This document shows positions 1-13,421 of a stretch of DNA of 48,616 nucleotides, in pieces. Numbering within the stretch: the first letter of the stretch is position 1; every line of letters starts with the position of its first letter. The notes under the pieces were generated by a model. That model did no database searches, was not told where the DNA came from, and was given only the letters and a program-made list of their open reading frames with translations. Origin of the DNA: Catajapyx aquilonaris (Eukaryota); contig JYFJ02002930.1 of assembly GCA_000934665.2 (NCBI GenBank), forward strand, positions 1 to 48,616, in the 5' to 3' direction. The translations under genes and the position numbers were made by a program.

Positions 1-149
1 TACAAATCTAATTATTGTGTAAAATTCGGAAGTAAGATCTCTGGGTTACATTTATCCATAAGGTTGAAGATCTTACGCAGCCCAGTCTTGTTTCAGTCAT
101 TTCTATCAGTTACTTGGATCTTACTTTCCTTTTTTTTTACAATTCCATA

Positions 150-540
150 GGGATTGTTTTTTGCGATATAATGAAGTCATTCAACTGGTATGGGAATGGT
201 ATTTCAAACAAGCCGCCATTAATTTCACATGAAGAGGTGAAGGATAGGAGCCTGAGAATGTCAGCAAGTGAAATGCGTAATTTTGTTCTCTGCTTCCACA
301 TGATGAGGTCTGGCAGTTCTACGTGGTGCTGAGGAAGTTAAATGAGTTGGTTACTGCAAAGTCTCTTCAACCGTTGTGTGCTGAGCTTATCGAAAGGCTT
401 GTTGCAGAACACCAAGAAATGTACTGTAGGTTGTTCCATGATTCACTTAAGCTGAAACATCACCACATCGTCCACTATGGACATATCATGAGAAAATCTG
501 GGCCGATAGCACACTTTGGGATAATTTCGAACATTTTTGG
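150..540 (+). pseudogene. EnSpm/CACTA-like transposase remnant (C-terminal part)
   Basis: Frameshifted ORFs 114-332 and 323-610 read NKPPLI..LRMSASEMRNF..LVAEHQEMYCRLFHDSLKLKHHHIVHYGHIMRKSGP. This matches the LKPKHH..HY..I...GP motif of invertebrate EnSpm/CMC-type transposases. Confidence 0.65.
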
Positions 541-664
541 AAATGAGAAAGGGTCCATTTGTTTTGTATGTCAACTCATGACGACAGTGTGTTATTTCTT
601 TCCCCCTTAGAATTGAAAGACGGCAACCCGGAGATCCCGGAGGCTCCAGTTCCTCATACCGGAC

Positions 665-987
665 AATCAGTTGCAACCTACCTACCAAGATCTTAGTGGA
701 ACTGAATGGAATTCATTTCCAATGATTTATCGCCTACCCTCCTCTGATATAACTGAACAGTGATCATATAGGTCAAATGGTACAGTCACACTATATTAAT
801 TCGGATTCAGAAAATCTAGGGTCTTCCTCAATTTTGTAACTCTGCAGATTATCCGGGTTGTTGCAATGGGTCCCAAAGTCAACCTATGTTTGAATAGGGA
901 ATAATACAGGCCTGGAGAGCCTTATTCAGATACAACAACTGCGAACAACGTTTGACTAATTCAGGGAAATATTTCTCTCCACCTTAG
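665..987 (+). repeat. Repeated intron-like module ending in a CCTTAG acceptor (paralog ~19582-19891, partial copy ~13808-13900)
   Basis: CAAGATCTT(A/C)GTGGA..AATGGAATTCAT..CCAATGATTTAT is shared by all three copies. The first two stay colinear to ATATTTCT..CCTTAG. Confidence 0.8.
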
Positions 988-1140
988 CATTCCAGAATGG
1001 CGGAAAGGGGGCGATCCCCGACCAAGGAGTCCCTTCGGCTTCGGAAAATGCCCTATGAGAAGATGCCGCCCGGACTCTGGTGAAAGAAGACTGAGGAGGA
1101 GAAGGAGAGTGACAAAAAGCAGCAACAGCTGAGGGGACAT
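988..1140 (+). pseudogene. ATG-bearing exon of an unrecognised gene family (MAERGRSPTKESLRLRKMPYEKMPPGLW*KKTEEE..QQQL)
   Basis: The CCTTAG acceptor ends at 987, ATG is at 997 and there is an in-frame TGA at 1081. Homologous segments start at 620, 3141, 19901 and 35415. Confidence 0.55.
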
Positions 1141-1179
1141 CACGGGGTGGCAGGACGATGTACCCAGCTCGACGACAAA

Positions 1180-1861
1180 CACTTCGCACTGATCTGTCTT
1201 TTGCATCTATGGAGCATGAAGATCATCACCTAAGGACAACTCCATTAACTCAACTGAAACTTGGCCTTGTAAGCCAGGTACCACTGGATTACTTGCATCT
1301 TGTATGTCTTGGTGTCATGTGCACATTGTTGCAAGTGTGGGGTCGTGGATGTCTTGGAAGAAAGTACCTTTCCGCTCATGATATTTCATTAATTTCCAAT
1401 CGTCTGGAAGTTCTTACAATCCTGAAGAATTCGTACGAAAGCCCAGATCCCTCGAATGCCTTCATTATCGGAAAGCAACTGAGTGTCGTTCCTTCCTGTT
1501 GTATTATGGACAATATGTATTGCATGGCATTTTACCACATAAGCACTATTGTCATTTCTTTCTGTTACAATGTGCCATTTTTATTTTGTGTAGCTATAGA
1601 GTACTTTATTCACCTTGGTTGTCTTTTCCCAAGAACGTACTTTTCAAATTTGTTGAAAGAACTCCAGATATGTATGCCAAGGAACTGCTGGGATATAATC
1701 TTCATAACTTGTTGCACATCGTCCATGATGGAAAACTTGATCAGTTTGCTGCATTTCCATTCGAGAATTTCACGCAAGAGATTTTGAAAATGGAAAGGGG
1801 GCCCAACAGAGTTTTACAACGAGTTAGTAAGCGTTTATCTGAATCTCATGGAAATAATTAA
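1180..1861 (+). pseudogene. EnSpm/CACTA-like transposase remnant (core to C-terminus)
   Basis: Motifs VPLDYLHLVCLGVM, PEEFVRKPRSL, KATECRSFLLYYG, YNLHNLLH and AFPFEN are read across frameshifts. Part is duplicated at ~40190-40410. Confidence 0.8.
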
Positions 1862-2266
1862 TCCCAAGAAAATGCAGGGCTTGCAAAGATACAGCACAAA
1901 GCATATGGAAATAGAGGCTCAAACGACATCACAAGACTACACCATCACAGGACGACGATCAACCTCACCTGGACTACCAGTGGAAGCAGGTTGATGACCT
2001 TGGATGTGACTGCAATTAATTGATGTAAGGGATTCCAAGGTGTTGGTTTCCGGACTATACGACTGCAGGAATTAAGCTGAGAGAGCATGGCCAATTGCGA
2101 CTGCCTATAGTAGTGTGTGACTCATTCACTTCAACAAAACCTGGCAATAGGGATATGACCATATTGATCGATTATTTATTATTGATTGGCATGTAGGTTG
2201 CATGAACGAAAATGCGTGCAAGCTTTCAATTCAAGTCTATAATACCGGTTGCTCCACACTGAGCTC

Positions 2267-2810
2267 CTGATTTAGCATTTCTGTGCGACGTAACTGAACT
2301 ATTGAATGGCTTAAATATGCGACTGTAGGGTAGGGGCAAACTTGTACCTGAAGTGTACTCAGAGGCCGACGCGTTTGAGGCAAAACTTGCTCTCCTAACA
2401 GAACATGTCAGTGAGGGAAACTATGCGCATTTTCCATGACGCAAGCTGACTTTGAATGACTTCAACAATCAACATGTCATCCGATGCTGATAATGACAAA
2501 GTATGTTTAGGAATTGCAATTATTGCAATGTGAATTCCAAGGAAGGTTTAGGGATTTTCTTAAACATTCCTTTGAAATTAGACTGTTAAGTAACCCATTC
2601 ACTATTGAAGTAGAGCAGACTATGCCTCAAATGTATCAAATGGAAGTGTTGGATCTGCAAGCGAACGATGTGCTGAAGGACTCACTCACTGTAAGTGACC
2701 GGGTTACATGTTATTCCAGCCCGTCATCCATATCATTTCCTCATTTAAAATATTTTGCATCCGTTATGACAACTATATTTGGAAGCACCTACATTTCCAA
2801 AGAGTCACTT
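2267..2810 (+). pseudogene. hAT transposase remnant, GTF2IRD2/SPIN-like, C-terminal part
   Basis: DLAFLCDVTELLNGLN..AFEAKL..HFP; EFQGRFRDF..SNPF..QMEVLDLQ..FPHLK..IFGSTY (start of the hAT dimerisation region). Confidence 0.85.
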
Positions 2811-3212
2811 TAAAAAAAAATAAATGATGTTGTATCATTCATAATGGCGATCAGGCTTGCATGGTAAATCTCCATTGTATTTGAAGTAGAACAATCTAGG
2901 TAGCTCTACATGGTTCTACATGCCGATACACCAAATTAATTTTTTTTTTTTACACTCGCAGGGTACTTAAGTGTTGTAAAATTGAATTGTAAATCTCAGT
3001 AAACTAGTGTATGTAAACCATTCGTCAAAGTGAATCAGAAGCTGGACACAGTCCTGTCACAGCAGCAACTTACAAGCAACTCGTATTATCAACCACCTAG
3101 TGAATGGTGAGGGTGCAGGAAAAGGTAGCGGTATGACAGTATGGCGGAGGAGGGCTGTCCCCTACCATGAAGTCCCGGCGGCTTCGTAAAGAGCCGTACG
3201 AGTGCATGCCTG

Positions 3213-4714
3213 CAAGAAGTTGACAATTTTTTGGGATCAGACAATAACACTGCGTTTTGTAGTGTCTGGCGACAGTTTTCTGCTGAATGATGCAGAGTTT
3301 GGGGCTGTAGTGTGTTGTCTAATGACCAACCAACGACTTTACACAGCGGCTGACTAGTGATGTGATGTCATGCCGTTGTAGGAACAAATTGGCGGTGAAC
3401 CTGCTGTACAACACACACATCATTTCTGTATCACCCCTGGACTCCATCATTACAAACAGCAAACTAGATATTAAAGGAAACGAGATCAATTGGATGAACG
3501 CGCAAGAAATTACGATGAAAAAATTCGCACCTTTCAACTTACGACGACACATTACATCCACCAGAAGTTGAGAATGCTTAGAGGCATACACAAATTGCAA
3601 TTATGAACGAGGCACATCAACCCTGCGCAGTAATGGATCACTGCTGTACATGACATGCCCCAAAACCCAGGCTGTAAGTTACCAATTAAGCCAGTGATTT
3701 AACCACTTGTTACTCAAAATTATTCTAATTACATATGGGCATGAACATTTGTATCCAGAGCTCAACTCAGCTGCCCAAGGTATTTAACGATCAGAACATA
3801 GCCAAACTACAATAAGGAATCACACCTTTTAAAGCAAACGACAATCATCATTGCTGCCTGCTGCTTTATGCTAATCCTTCTCACTGCCTTCCAGGCAGGG
3901 CGAAAACCAAACAATACAATGATCAACCTCACTTGCGGACAACTGGACAACCACAAGGTCACATAAAGCATACATACATGTGCAATACAGTGCCCTGTGA
4001 TTATGCATGTCAGCATCTCGCTTCCCCTGGTGGGGCTGAGACCCTGGGTGTGGCCCCTAGGCGGACACGGGGCCGGACACGTCTTCCCTGCAGCCAAACT
4101 CCTGGAGGAATGGAAGGGAGAGGGATGGCGCCTCAACGAGAGGCACAGCTAGAGTTGCGCAGAGTGGCCAGCGCCTCCAATCGTGGCAAAAGAGAACTGC
4201 CAGTCTCCATAAGCGCATAAGGGACGTAAGTGGAGCAGACCAATCAAACATGGCAGACATCACACCACTCTTAAATAATACGGAATAGTTGGGATCGACA
4301 ACGCTATTTCAAGTATTTGATGGCAGCTACTAGAAATATTAGGTTCACACTGAATAATTCCGAAGAACATGATCAAAATTGGACTAATTTTTGGACGTGA
4401 AATATTCTCCGGTTTCACTGCCAATCAGTGGCGACATTCATTCACCGAGAAGTACTTCAGGAGGTGCGGTAATTAACAGCCAGCTGATATTGGCAGCTGA
4501 TGTCCACTCCGGCGAGTAACTGTTATGAAGATGATTGCGTCACACGATGCAATACCAAACGGGCCGCTTTGAACGTGGCGTCACGAGCTGTGTCGTTTAT
4601 TAATTCGCAGCTTGATTCGTGTGGAATTTGTGCCCGAAACCCTTACAGTGTCTTCCTGTAAGCCCATAAAATGTCACATGCAGCTGATAAGGCTTCCATT
4701 TGCATGTAGTGTAA
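3213..4714 (+). repeat. Composite block, copy 1 of 3
   Basis: Colinear and highly similar to ~21515-22960 and ~41578-43100. The same short ORFs recur in the ORF track (3933, 22109, 42324). Confidence 0.95.
3216..3590 (+). pseudogene. Sola-like DNA transposase remnant inside the composite block
   Basis: TITLRFVVSGDSFLLNDAEFG..LYTAAD..VMSCRCRNK..PLDSIITNSKLDIKGNEINW resembles the F(L/V)VSGHS(F/Y)LP(N/C)D.DFG motif family. The superfamily call is tentative. Confidence 0.5.
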
Positions 4715-6619
4715 ATAAGTGAGGCCATGATCGGAAATATTGCACATAAATGAAAGGGCATTGCACACAAGCAGGTTACCCAAAACTTTTACACACACGC
4801 GACGTGAAAATGCAATAGGTTTGTCCTGATAATTATTACAAACTACCTCTCATCATAAAGATCCCATCTTCCAATGCACTATTTCCTTTCCAGCATCCTC
4901 GTTGGACCATAATTTTCTCATCCGTGACAGATGTAAAGCGAGGGTGTACTTGGCATCAGCTGATATGTGAAGAGGTATGCATCGAGCAGGTTAATACTGA
5001 CGATAACTAACCGATTTACGATACAAGAATCTAAGAAAGTATGACATTACGAAATGTGCCACCTGCATGGAAGTACCAGTATTAGGAAATTGTTTAGAAA
5101 GCAAGGCACGAGCGAATGATGCGAAGAAGCATTCCGACTATTTCGCACACGGAGGCGAATATCGCACCAATCTTCGGCACATGAGAAAGGCGACATACAA
5201 ATTAATGTGAAAGAGGCCATTCACAGGTTTTAAGGGTCAGACTTCCTGACAAGTTCAAGAAATTCCCACCCAGAAGCTGGCAGTTGGAAAATGACGATTA
5301 AGTCGTCCCAAAAGTATTTGACTAAAAAACGCGTACGCATGTTTATACCCTTCTTTCGCCAACTTGCAAGCGTCTTTTGTCCGTGAACTTACAGAAATGT
5401 GCGCGAAAACATCTAAGGAGAGGCAGGCTGACTTTCGCCGCAGACAGAAGGCGGCTGGGAAATATGAAGTGGACAAGGAAGCATGTAGGATTCGAATTGC
5501 TTCCATCCGAAAGAAACATAGTAAGATGCTATTATATGTTATTTTCAGGTTATTTTTGTGCCTGTTTGTTGTTATGACGGACAGAGAGAGACTTATGTTG
5601 TTCCCTTTTTGCAACTGTTCAAAATTGTCATATAAGTACTTAGTTTCATTTATGTGAACAAAATTTAATAAACAAGAGATGCAAAATGGAACGTTACATT
5701 GTTGTGGCCTTCACTTTCATCCTGAAAACTGACCTAGTTCCTATTTCAGTGCAGCGGAGCCATAATAAGATTATGAATTCACAGACATTCCAATCTCCAA
5801 AAATTTATGCTACTCCCAGTAAATCGCAGTAGGTTGTACGTAACGATGCCGGGTGGTACGTGACGGGTGGATATCTGAAATGTTTTCACGTTCAAAATGA
5901 GAATTCTCCCAATCTAATGGCATGATGAGGTTCCTACTGCCCCACATGTACTTGAGCTTCAAAACCTGTTCTGTCAGATTTCGCAGAGTTTCCCACTAGT
6001 TACACATACCCCAGAAAGTGGTGTCCAATGACGGATTGTACGTAACGAGATTTCAGACAATTGCACACGCGTGGATGGCCATCGAATGATATTTCCATGA
6101 TGTCCTTCACCTTCACATTTCTGCGCTGCATCTAATTTTCATAACAGTTAATTTATTACGGCAAGTACCTAGCCGCAGTGGACTCCTAAACACCTCAATA
6201 CAGCTTCCGATGGTCACTACATAACGCGTGGAATTGCCCTTAAAAGCCTTTCACGTGCAGTAGCGAGGTCCCTGGTTGCATTAGCTGGGCAATATCAACT
6301 CCGCAGCATCAGGCTGGACCTTGATGAGAACTAGAGTTGATCCAACATGTGATATTTTGAGCATTGTGAACCAATTTGATCCCCAGAGCCCAAAGCGAGC
6401 CCTTGATTTGTGTCTTAAGGCCATACATGCCACACAGAGTATGTACAATGAACAAAGCCAAAGACTGTGGCATTTACTAGAATGTATGACTTGCCACAAG
6501 GTATGTATGACTTGCCACAAGGTAGTGATGCCAATAAGCTGGATTATGAACAAGCACGCATGTTAGCCCAAGGAGTCAGTGCTGACTCCTGTCTGTGTCA
6601 AATTCATACCATGAGAGAA

Positions 6620-6775
6620 GTACCGGTACTCATTAAGGTCATGAGTCTTCCTGGTGTATTGGCTTCCATCTTGAATTACATGGATAATTCATATGGGCAA
6701 ACAGACATTGTTTCTAACTCCATTCAGGGAGAATTATGGCGACAAGAAATAGAGCCTCACTTTCAAGGAAAGACA
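6620..6775 (+). pseudogene. EnSpm-like transposase N-terminal fragment
   Basis: LPGVLASILNYMD..VSNSIQGELWR..HFQGKT. Confidence 0.45.
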
Positions 6776-6815
6776 GGCTGCCGTCATCCTAATGGTATTG
6801 CAAATGTCTTTTTAG

Positions 6816-6932
6816 TCACCATCATTTGGCACGTCACCAGGGGCGGATCCCCCAGCCACCTCCGAGGTCACCGTCACCACTGCGGATGTGACGGTGGCCT
6901 CAGAAGCCGTCATGGCTGCCCCCACCTCTCAG
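6816..6932 (+). other. Phase-0 exon-like module (SPSFGTSPGADPPATSEVTVTTADVTVASEAVMAAPTSQ)
   Basis: Branch-like TCATCCTAAT, TTTTTAG acceptor, 117 bp (39 codons, no stop), CAG|GTGAGG donor. Confidence 0.6.
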
Positions 6933-7974
6933 GTGAGGTTGACATGTTACGGGTGTTGCCAAAATGATAACACTTTTGGCTCAAGTAAAACTGCTTTGTA
7001 AAAGATTCATGAGCGTATCAAGGAAGTCATGAAAACATTGAAGGAAATGTTGAGGAATTTTGCAAGCAACTAGCACTTGTTGAAGAAGAGGTATGAATGA
7101 GTTTTTAAGTTATATTCTTAATTATTTCTCAACTGTCCTTGGAATTCCATACACTGGATTAATCTTTGTTCTTGTTGTAGGATCTGGACCAAGCTCTCAA
7201 AGTTTGCTAAGAAATACTGGAAAAGTGAAGAAATCATTCACAAGTGCATGGTAGGTTTCACATTAATTAGCAGCTTCTATATAGACAAGTCATATCTAAT
7301 ATAACACACAGGACGATGAAGAGTACAGCACCTGTTAAAAGTACAGTGAGAACTCCGCCGACAGTGACGGCAAGATTCGAAGGAACAGAAGTGATTGACA
7401 TCGCCATCCCATGTTGTGGGTATGTTATAACCGGGATACAAGAAGTTCATAGTGCTTTTTCTTATATTGTGCTGGGTGATAACCAAAAACAAAATACTCT
7501 AGGGCTCTCTAGAATTCTTGCCTTGTTTGAAAAAGATGCACCCGAAACAGATGGCCATGGCTATGTACAGTACCTCCTGGCCTGAAAAAAAGATCTAAGA
7601 ATATACGTGAACAGATGTAACCCAGCACTTGTAAGTTCCAGTCTATTTACATTTTTGAACAAGATGAGGAACTGAATGGTGAATCGAATGAACATAAAAA
7701 TGTTATCCACCACTTGTAAGTTCCAGTCTATTTTGATTTTTGTTGCATTTTGTTGATCCAATCAAGTTGTTTCACCTTCGCAAATTACTGTATATTATTT
7801 CTCATGAAGAATGTGTGGATAACTTCTTGGAAGTCGCAGGCCATACAATATACGCAAATGTTTGTCCGGAGCTTTTCTTTTCTGTTCTTTTTTTTGCATG
7901 CTCAACATTTTATTATACATGATGTGAATTTATAAAGAATCGGTTCAGCAGAGGACAGTTGAACATATATGGCA

Positions 7975-8270
7975 GATGTAGAGCATTACATAAGTGAAAA
8001 AGTGGAGCATTATATGAGTGAGGTAGTAGAACATTAACAAGAGGTAATGAAATCATTATGATAGGAACGTATAAGGCATCATAAAGCAACAAAACGGAGC
8101 ATTAAATTTAAGACATTCGAGAGCATGATATCGTGAAGATGTAGAGCATTACTAAGTTAAAAAGTAGAGCATTACATAAGTTAAAAAGTAGAGCATTATG
8201 TGAGTGGGGTAGTAGAACATTAACAATAGAAAGAATAAAGCATCATATCACATCACTCAGAACATTATCA
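7975..8270. repeat. Degenerate ~24-bp minisatellite (GTAGAGCATTACATAAGT-AAAAA-like)
   Basis: GAGCATTA/GAACATTA cores recur about every 23-24 bp. A multi-unit block at ~7975-8040 recurs at ~8137-8228. Confidence 0.8.
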
Positions 8271-8616
8271 GCGGACACCAATGTTATTTACTCCATTCCT
8301 TGTTTAACCAAGAGTCACATCTTTTTAAAAATCTGTTGCATGGACAATGCGGTAGAGGGAGTTCACATGACGAGACTTGAGCGACTTTCTTGGTTGTGTC
8401 AGTGTAGAAAGGGATTCAAAGGGGTACGCCAGGGTTTGTTGTCACTTAATTTCAAACATTTTCATAGACCCGAAATGAATATGATGTGGCTTGCATCAAC
8501 CTTGTGCCCCTTTCACCCATGTTAGTATTAAAATAGGATTTTAAAGTGATAATAGAAAACAAGGATTGACGCTCATCAAGCAATCAAGATGGACAATCCT
8601 GTTTGTACCATTTCAG

Positions 8617-8679
8617 GATGGTGGGGACCGAGGTGGCAGGGGGAAAGGGAAGAAGAGGCTGAGGGGGTGGATGCCAGAA
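8617..8679 (+). other. Phase-0 exon-like module (DGGDRGGRGKGKKRLRGWMPE)
   Basis: TTTCAG| acceptor, 63 bp, GAA|GTAAGT donor. It lies in a block (~8478-8780) duplicated at ~37125-37460, where the paralogous exon is 37286-37365. Confidence 0.55.
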
Positions 8680-11600
8680 GTAAGTACTTCTTCCACACTA
8701 GTTGAAGAACCCTGATATTATTTGAAAGAGAATTGTCATTGCAAAATGAGAGGGCACAAGGTGATCTTGAGGAGGTAATAATAGCACATTCACAGTTGGC
8801 ACTTTCACTTCTTGACAAATCTGGGCGTGATCGTCGGTACCAATTTACATGTACACAGAGTTGCATTGTTTTCCATTGGCTAATTTATCGCAGGAAGTTG
8901 CCTATTTCTAGTAGGCATATCTGAATGGTTCATTTCGACTTCGAAGTGATGGGTCACATCCACACAGAGTACACCCGGCATTTGCGACAGATGACATATA
9001 AAGCATTGCTTGATTAAAGCTGAATTGTGTGCCAAGTTCTTTTCCTTTTAATCGTCGTTCTCGGGACCTGACTGGATGATCCCTTCCCTATAATATTCTA
9101 GAGGGTATAGTACCATTGGAAATGGGTGTAATATTAAATGCGTTAGTATTTGCCAAATTGGTTTCATTGGACGAGATTAACAGTGCCATTATGGTTTTTT
9201 TTCCACGTCAGTAATGTAGACAAAAAATCGCCCCTCATGTATTAAGAAACTTCCTAAGGCACCCCTTCAGGGTCAAACTGCTGTGCAACACTGGGGACTT
9301 CTTAGATATTTGCCAATCATTTTAGGCGGAATGATATCAAAACTATTTTGGATATGTCAGCTTTTGCAACCGAGATGATATACGTATTACTGATATGTCT
9401 TGTTTGCACCTACCTATCTAATCATGCATACTCATAGTCGACAAGATAAATCACAAGTAAAAGTTAGAACTGCAGATGGTTAATAGCTCTTATGCTCACT
9501 ATTAATTGTAATATTCAGAATACAATGGACACACAGTGATTCTTTATGCTCTTGGCTCAGTGTTCTTGGCTCCTTATGCCACTGAAAATAGTTTTTTTTT
9601 TTTTTAATGTGTGAGACAGTAAGAGCTGTATTACAACTAGAGAAGGAAACAGATTCACAAATTTTTAAAAGCATGATGAATGTATTAGTGACCTCTAACT
9701 CCATAACTTGAATCACACTGCATTTTTTTGGTAGACAAGCAACTGCGTTACTGATGCAATGCTCTCTCCCAATTAGGCCAGACCCACATACACAGGGGCG
9801 TATGTCTGGCATCCGGCGTGGGGCCCACAGGTAAGTGTCATTAATTTGACCTCTTCTATTATATGCAGGATGTTTATAAAAGAATGGTGGGGTTATGTAA
9901 GTATGAAATGAGGAAATGAGTATTTGAAATTGCTGCTTTTTTCTCAAGTGAAATGTTAGATTTGATTCCTGCTCTCAAAGTTACACGTGTCACGATGACA
10001 GATTTGAAAGATGTAATAGTTGATCATCACTCTTGCTTTAAATCTTTGTTCCCAGATGTCACATTAAAGCCAAAACTCAATAGCTGGTGCTCATCTTCTG
10101 TGTATCGTGCACTGTAGCCTTACTGGCAAGAGCAGGGAATGAGACGACTTGCGGTGAACACCGAAGGGGAATTTACAAATCCCACTATCCTGGATGGGAA
10201 TGAAACACTGGGTGACCAAGGGATGCTGCAGTTCAGGTATTCCTTTTAACATGTGTCCCATTTCAATTACTATCAGAATAATTTGGTGAAAATAATAAAG
10301 CAGTGAGAAAACACTGACATTGGTCATGCGATGAACAATCCGATATAGTCCAATAATATTAGTCAGGATACTCCTCTTGTACTCTTGATATTAACGGTAA
10401 ATACGCGTGCCAGGATAATGACTTTTACTCTCAGACTCTAGGATGAGAACATTGGTCACACTGAAGGTATTTCATGGCAGGAGTTCCATGCCGGACGTAT
10501 CATCCAAATTAGCTAACCTATACTCAAGGTTGTAATAGAAAATAAATTAGAAATCAAAAGTCGGCTCAGAAACAGATAGCGTGTGGAAGATATTATCAGT
10601 TCTCAAGCGGAGGACATAAAATCAGAAACAGGTTCGTGTCTGTAACTAGGAGAATGGCCAACATCAACTGACAAATGAAGTTACTGCAACTATCGATATA
10701 CTCCAGGTCTCTGATCAAAATATCACGTCCAGATGCGTATATAGTGGAGAAGCGTGAGACTCAGGCTATTGCGGCATAATTCATCGCCATCTATAGTACA
10801 TCAAAGGCGACTGCAGTCTGGCCAGTTTCATTTTCTTTCGCAGAGACAATTTTTCTTCTTTTTCCGCGATGAACTACTTCTCAGTTGCATACAAGAGATT
10901 AAAGTGCTTCAGTTGCATGGGCCTAACAAAATCGAATAATATAGACAGAGAAAAGTGACTCGGTGGACAAGTTTTGGTGAAGCAACCCAACTGATCCAGA
11001 GGAAGAAGAATAAACGCAGGCAAAAAAAAGTCTCGCGAAATTCGTATGCAAAACATTAATTTGCTCTATGAGTAAAATTGTCCATGCAAATATTTGCAAT
11101 CATCTGAAAACTTGACATTTACTGCCTGACTTCATTCATATGGAATCATTATTTTAGGTCTTGTTGCACACTGAAATTTATTAGAAGATGGCAGGTTTTA
11201 TCCGTGTCACTGACTGACACGAAAATAGAGTTCATGTAAGACCAAGACATGTTGAAGAGTCAGTGCCATTTCCAACCATATTCATTGTTATTGCTTTTGA
11301 TCAACAACCTAGTTCCATTTTTTGTATTCACTCACATTTGTAAAAAAAATAAAAAATAAATCATTCTTGAATTCGACCACGTGCGTAAACCATGACCCAG
11401 ATATTTTTTGACAATATTTAGCGAATCAATATACACACAGTCTCCCAACTTAGCCCACAGCATCCTTGGGTTGTAACGTTCCAGGGGGAGGGAGAACCCT
11501 CGACCACATTACAGAGACGGAACTACTCGTATTATCTCGAGATCAGATCCATATAATCAATCTGATCATATCTATAGGTACTAACGCTGCTATTGCATTG

Positions 11601-12832
11601 GGTGGAGTAAAAAGCACGGGTAAAAGTCGACATCAACCTAATAATTTTTCAGGTATGCATATTTAATTCTGCAAACGATGTGGGATTCCATTATGCAATG
11701 GCTGAACCTATCTCGTGCGACAAGTGAAATGGAGTACAAAGTACCAGGGCTTCTCAGCACTGCCTTTTTTGATTGGACACTGCTAACAAAGTAAGCCCTG
11801 AGTGAGAAAACATGTCGATACAAAGTATAACGCAATCAGTAAAATTATAATACTCCACACCAACAGCAACACTTCATTTTAACATTATCACTCTTGAACG
11901 CTAATGGGTGTCCCTCCAATAGCATTTTTGCACTTCCTATTAAATAGCACACCAGCCGACACCATCAGTTGCAGAGCATACCATAACGAAAGTGGGGGCT
12001 CGCAAAGGGACCAGTAGCTATTACCTCGGAATTACCACTACTCTTTCAATTTGCAGATGCAGATATGGTTAAGGGCCTACTTCTGAAATGACAGTTCGCG
12101 CAAAAATGTATTTGGCTAGTGAGGTGTATTGCCGTAGCTTCTGCGTACCTCAATGGGAATGAAAGTGTGGTTTTGAGAGTCGTCTCTCAAAATTTGGGAG
12201 ACCCTTCCTTTGACCAGCAGGCTCTGCATTTTGAAACCTTCGGAAATTGGCACACAGATCTAGACACCCAGCAACTTTCAACAAAAATGGAAGAAAACGT
12301 ATTGACACTACTTCATGAGAGGATGGGCCTAAATGAGCGGATTACTCGCATTAAAATATTACCAATTTCTGGGCCAGTCCCATGATTCAAGTTGAGGCCC
12401 ATATGTAAATTAGAGTGTCGAGGTACGTGCGATAACGTCCAATATTCCCCCCCNCCCCCCCCCCCCCGCATTCAGGATCCAATTGTCTGCAATGCCAGCA
12501 AGGACTCGAAGCATGTCACAAAATGTTGCGCCGACATCCCAGTGATGTGAAAGTGGGCACAACTTTTTGTGACAGATGGTGCATTCATGTGGCATGTGAG
12601 GTATGCTCTCTACAGGATTACTTTACATTCAAATATTGTGAGACAAGTCACCAACAAATATATTGTAAGCGCAATAATATCGAAGACGTGGCAGTTTCTT
12701 CGTGACCTCCCCGGGACAGACTGCTGGTTTGTCAGACCCCATATTATTATTCGAATGTCATTGACGTACTGTACCATATGCAGGCAAGGATGAACTTCCG
12801 TCCAATGTAGAAGACAGTGTCGGCATGAAAGG

Positions 12833-12985
12833 CATGTAACATCAGTTGAAAAAGAACTGTCCCAGTCATCCTGACGTGTGGGCTGGCCGCTCGACACACA
12901 CCATGTAAGTTACATGGTGTGTGTCGAGCGGGCAGCACACACATCAGGATGACTGGGACAATTCTTTTTCAACTGATGATACGTG
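12833..12985. repeat. 153-bp near-perfect palindrome/hairpin (MITE-like or foldback)
   Basis: Arm CATCAGTTGAAAAAGAA..CGCTCGACACACACCATGTAA pairs with TTACATGGTGTGTGTCGAGCG..TTCTTTTTCAACTGATG around a single base at 12909, with few mismatches. Confidence 0.95.
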
Positions 12986-13337
12986 TGGCTGGCACAGTGG
13001 ATTCGAGGGCTGGGTGGAGAAGGATTGGGCTGCTTATCGTGGTCACTCCCACGCGGTCAGCTTCCTCCTGGAGTCCAGCTGTAGTCATCTTCAGAAACAA
13101 CAACTGTGAACTACGTTTCACTAATTAATGGTAATATTTATCTCCACCTTAGGATACACCACCTTCACCGGGGAGATTGTTCGGCCATTGGGGGCCACGG
13201 GCCCCTACCAGCGCTACAGCCCATCACACGAGGTGATTACCTGGACAAGTAGCTGCTGCCGAGAGGGCAGAGTAGAAGTGACATGTTTTTCACTGGTTTT
13301 ACTTCATCCTAACGACATTTTATACATGTGGTTTTAG

Positions 13338-13421
13338 GATCCAAGCCTCCCTGTGCCCAGATCACACCTCTTTGCGAGGACGTACCTCCCAGCGAGGGGG
13401 AAGAGGGGGCTGCCGCAGCAG
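13338..13421 (+). other. Phase-0 exon-like module (DPSLPVPRSHLFARTYLPARGKRGLPQQ)
   Basis: TCATCCTAAC branch-like site, GTTTTAG acceptor, 84 bp, CAG|GTGCGT donor. Confidence 0.5.

Noticed and set aside
3933..4220. 95-aa ORF conserved in all three composite copies as a real gene
   Set aside because: It has a non-ATG start, no recognisable domain, and the copies are too similar for ORF retention to imply selection.
12447..12467. Poly-C tract with an N (another poly-C at ~37306-37321)
   Set aside because: Homopolymer length is uncertain and may be a sequencing or assembly artefact, so I do not interpret it.
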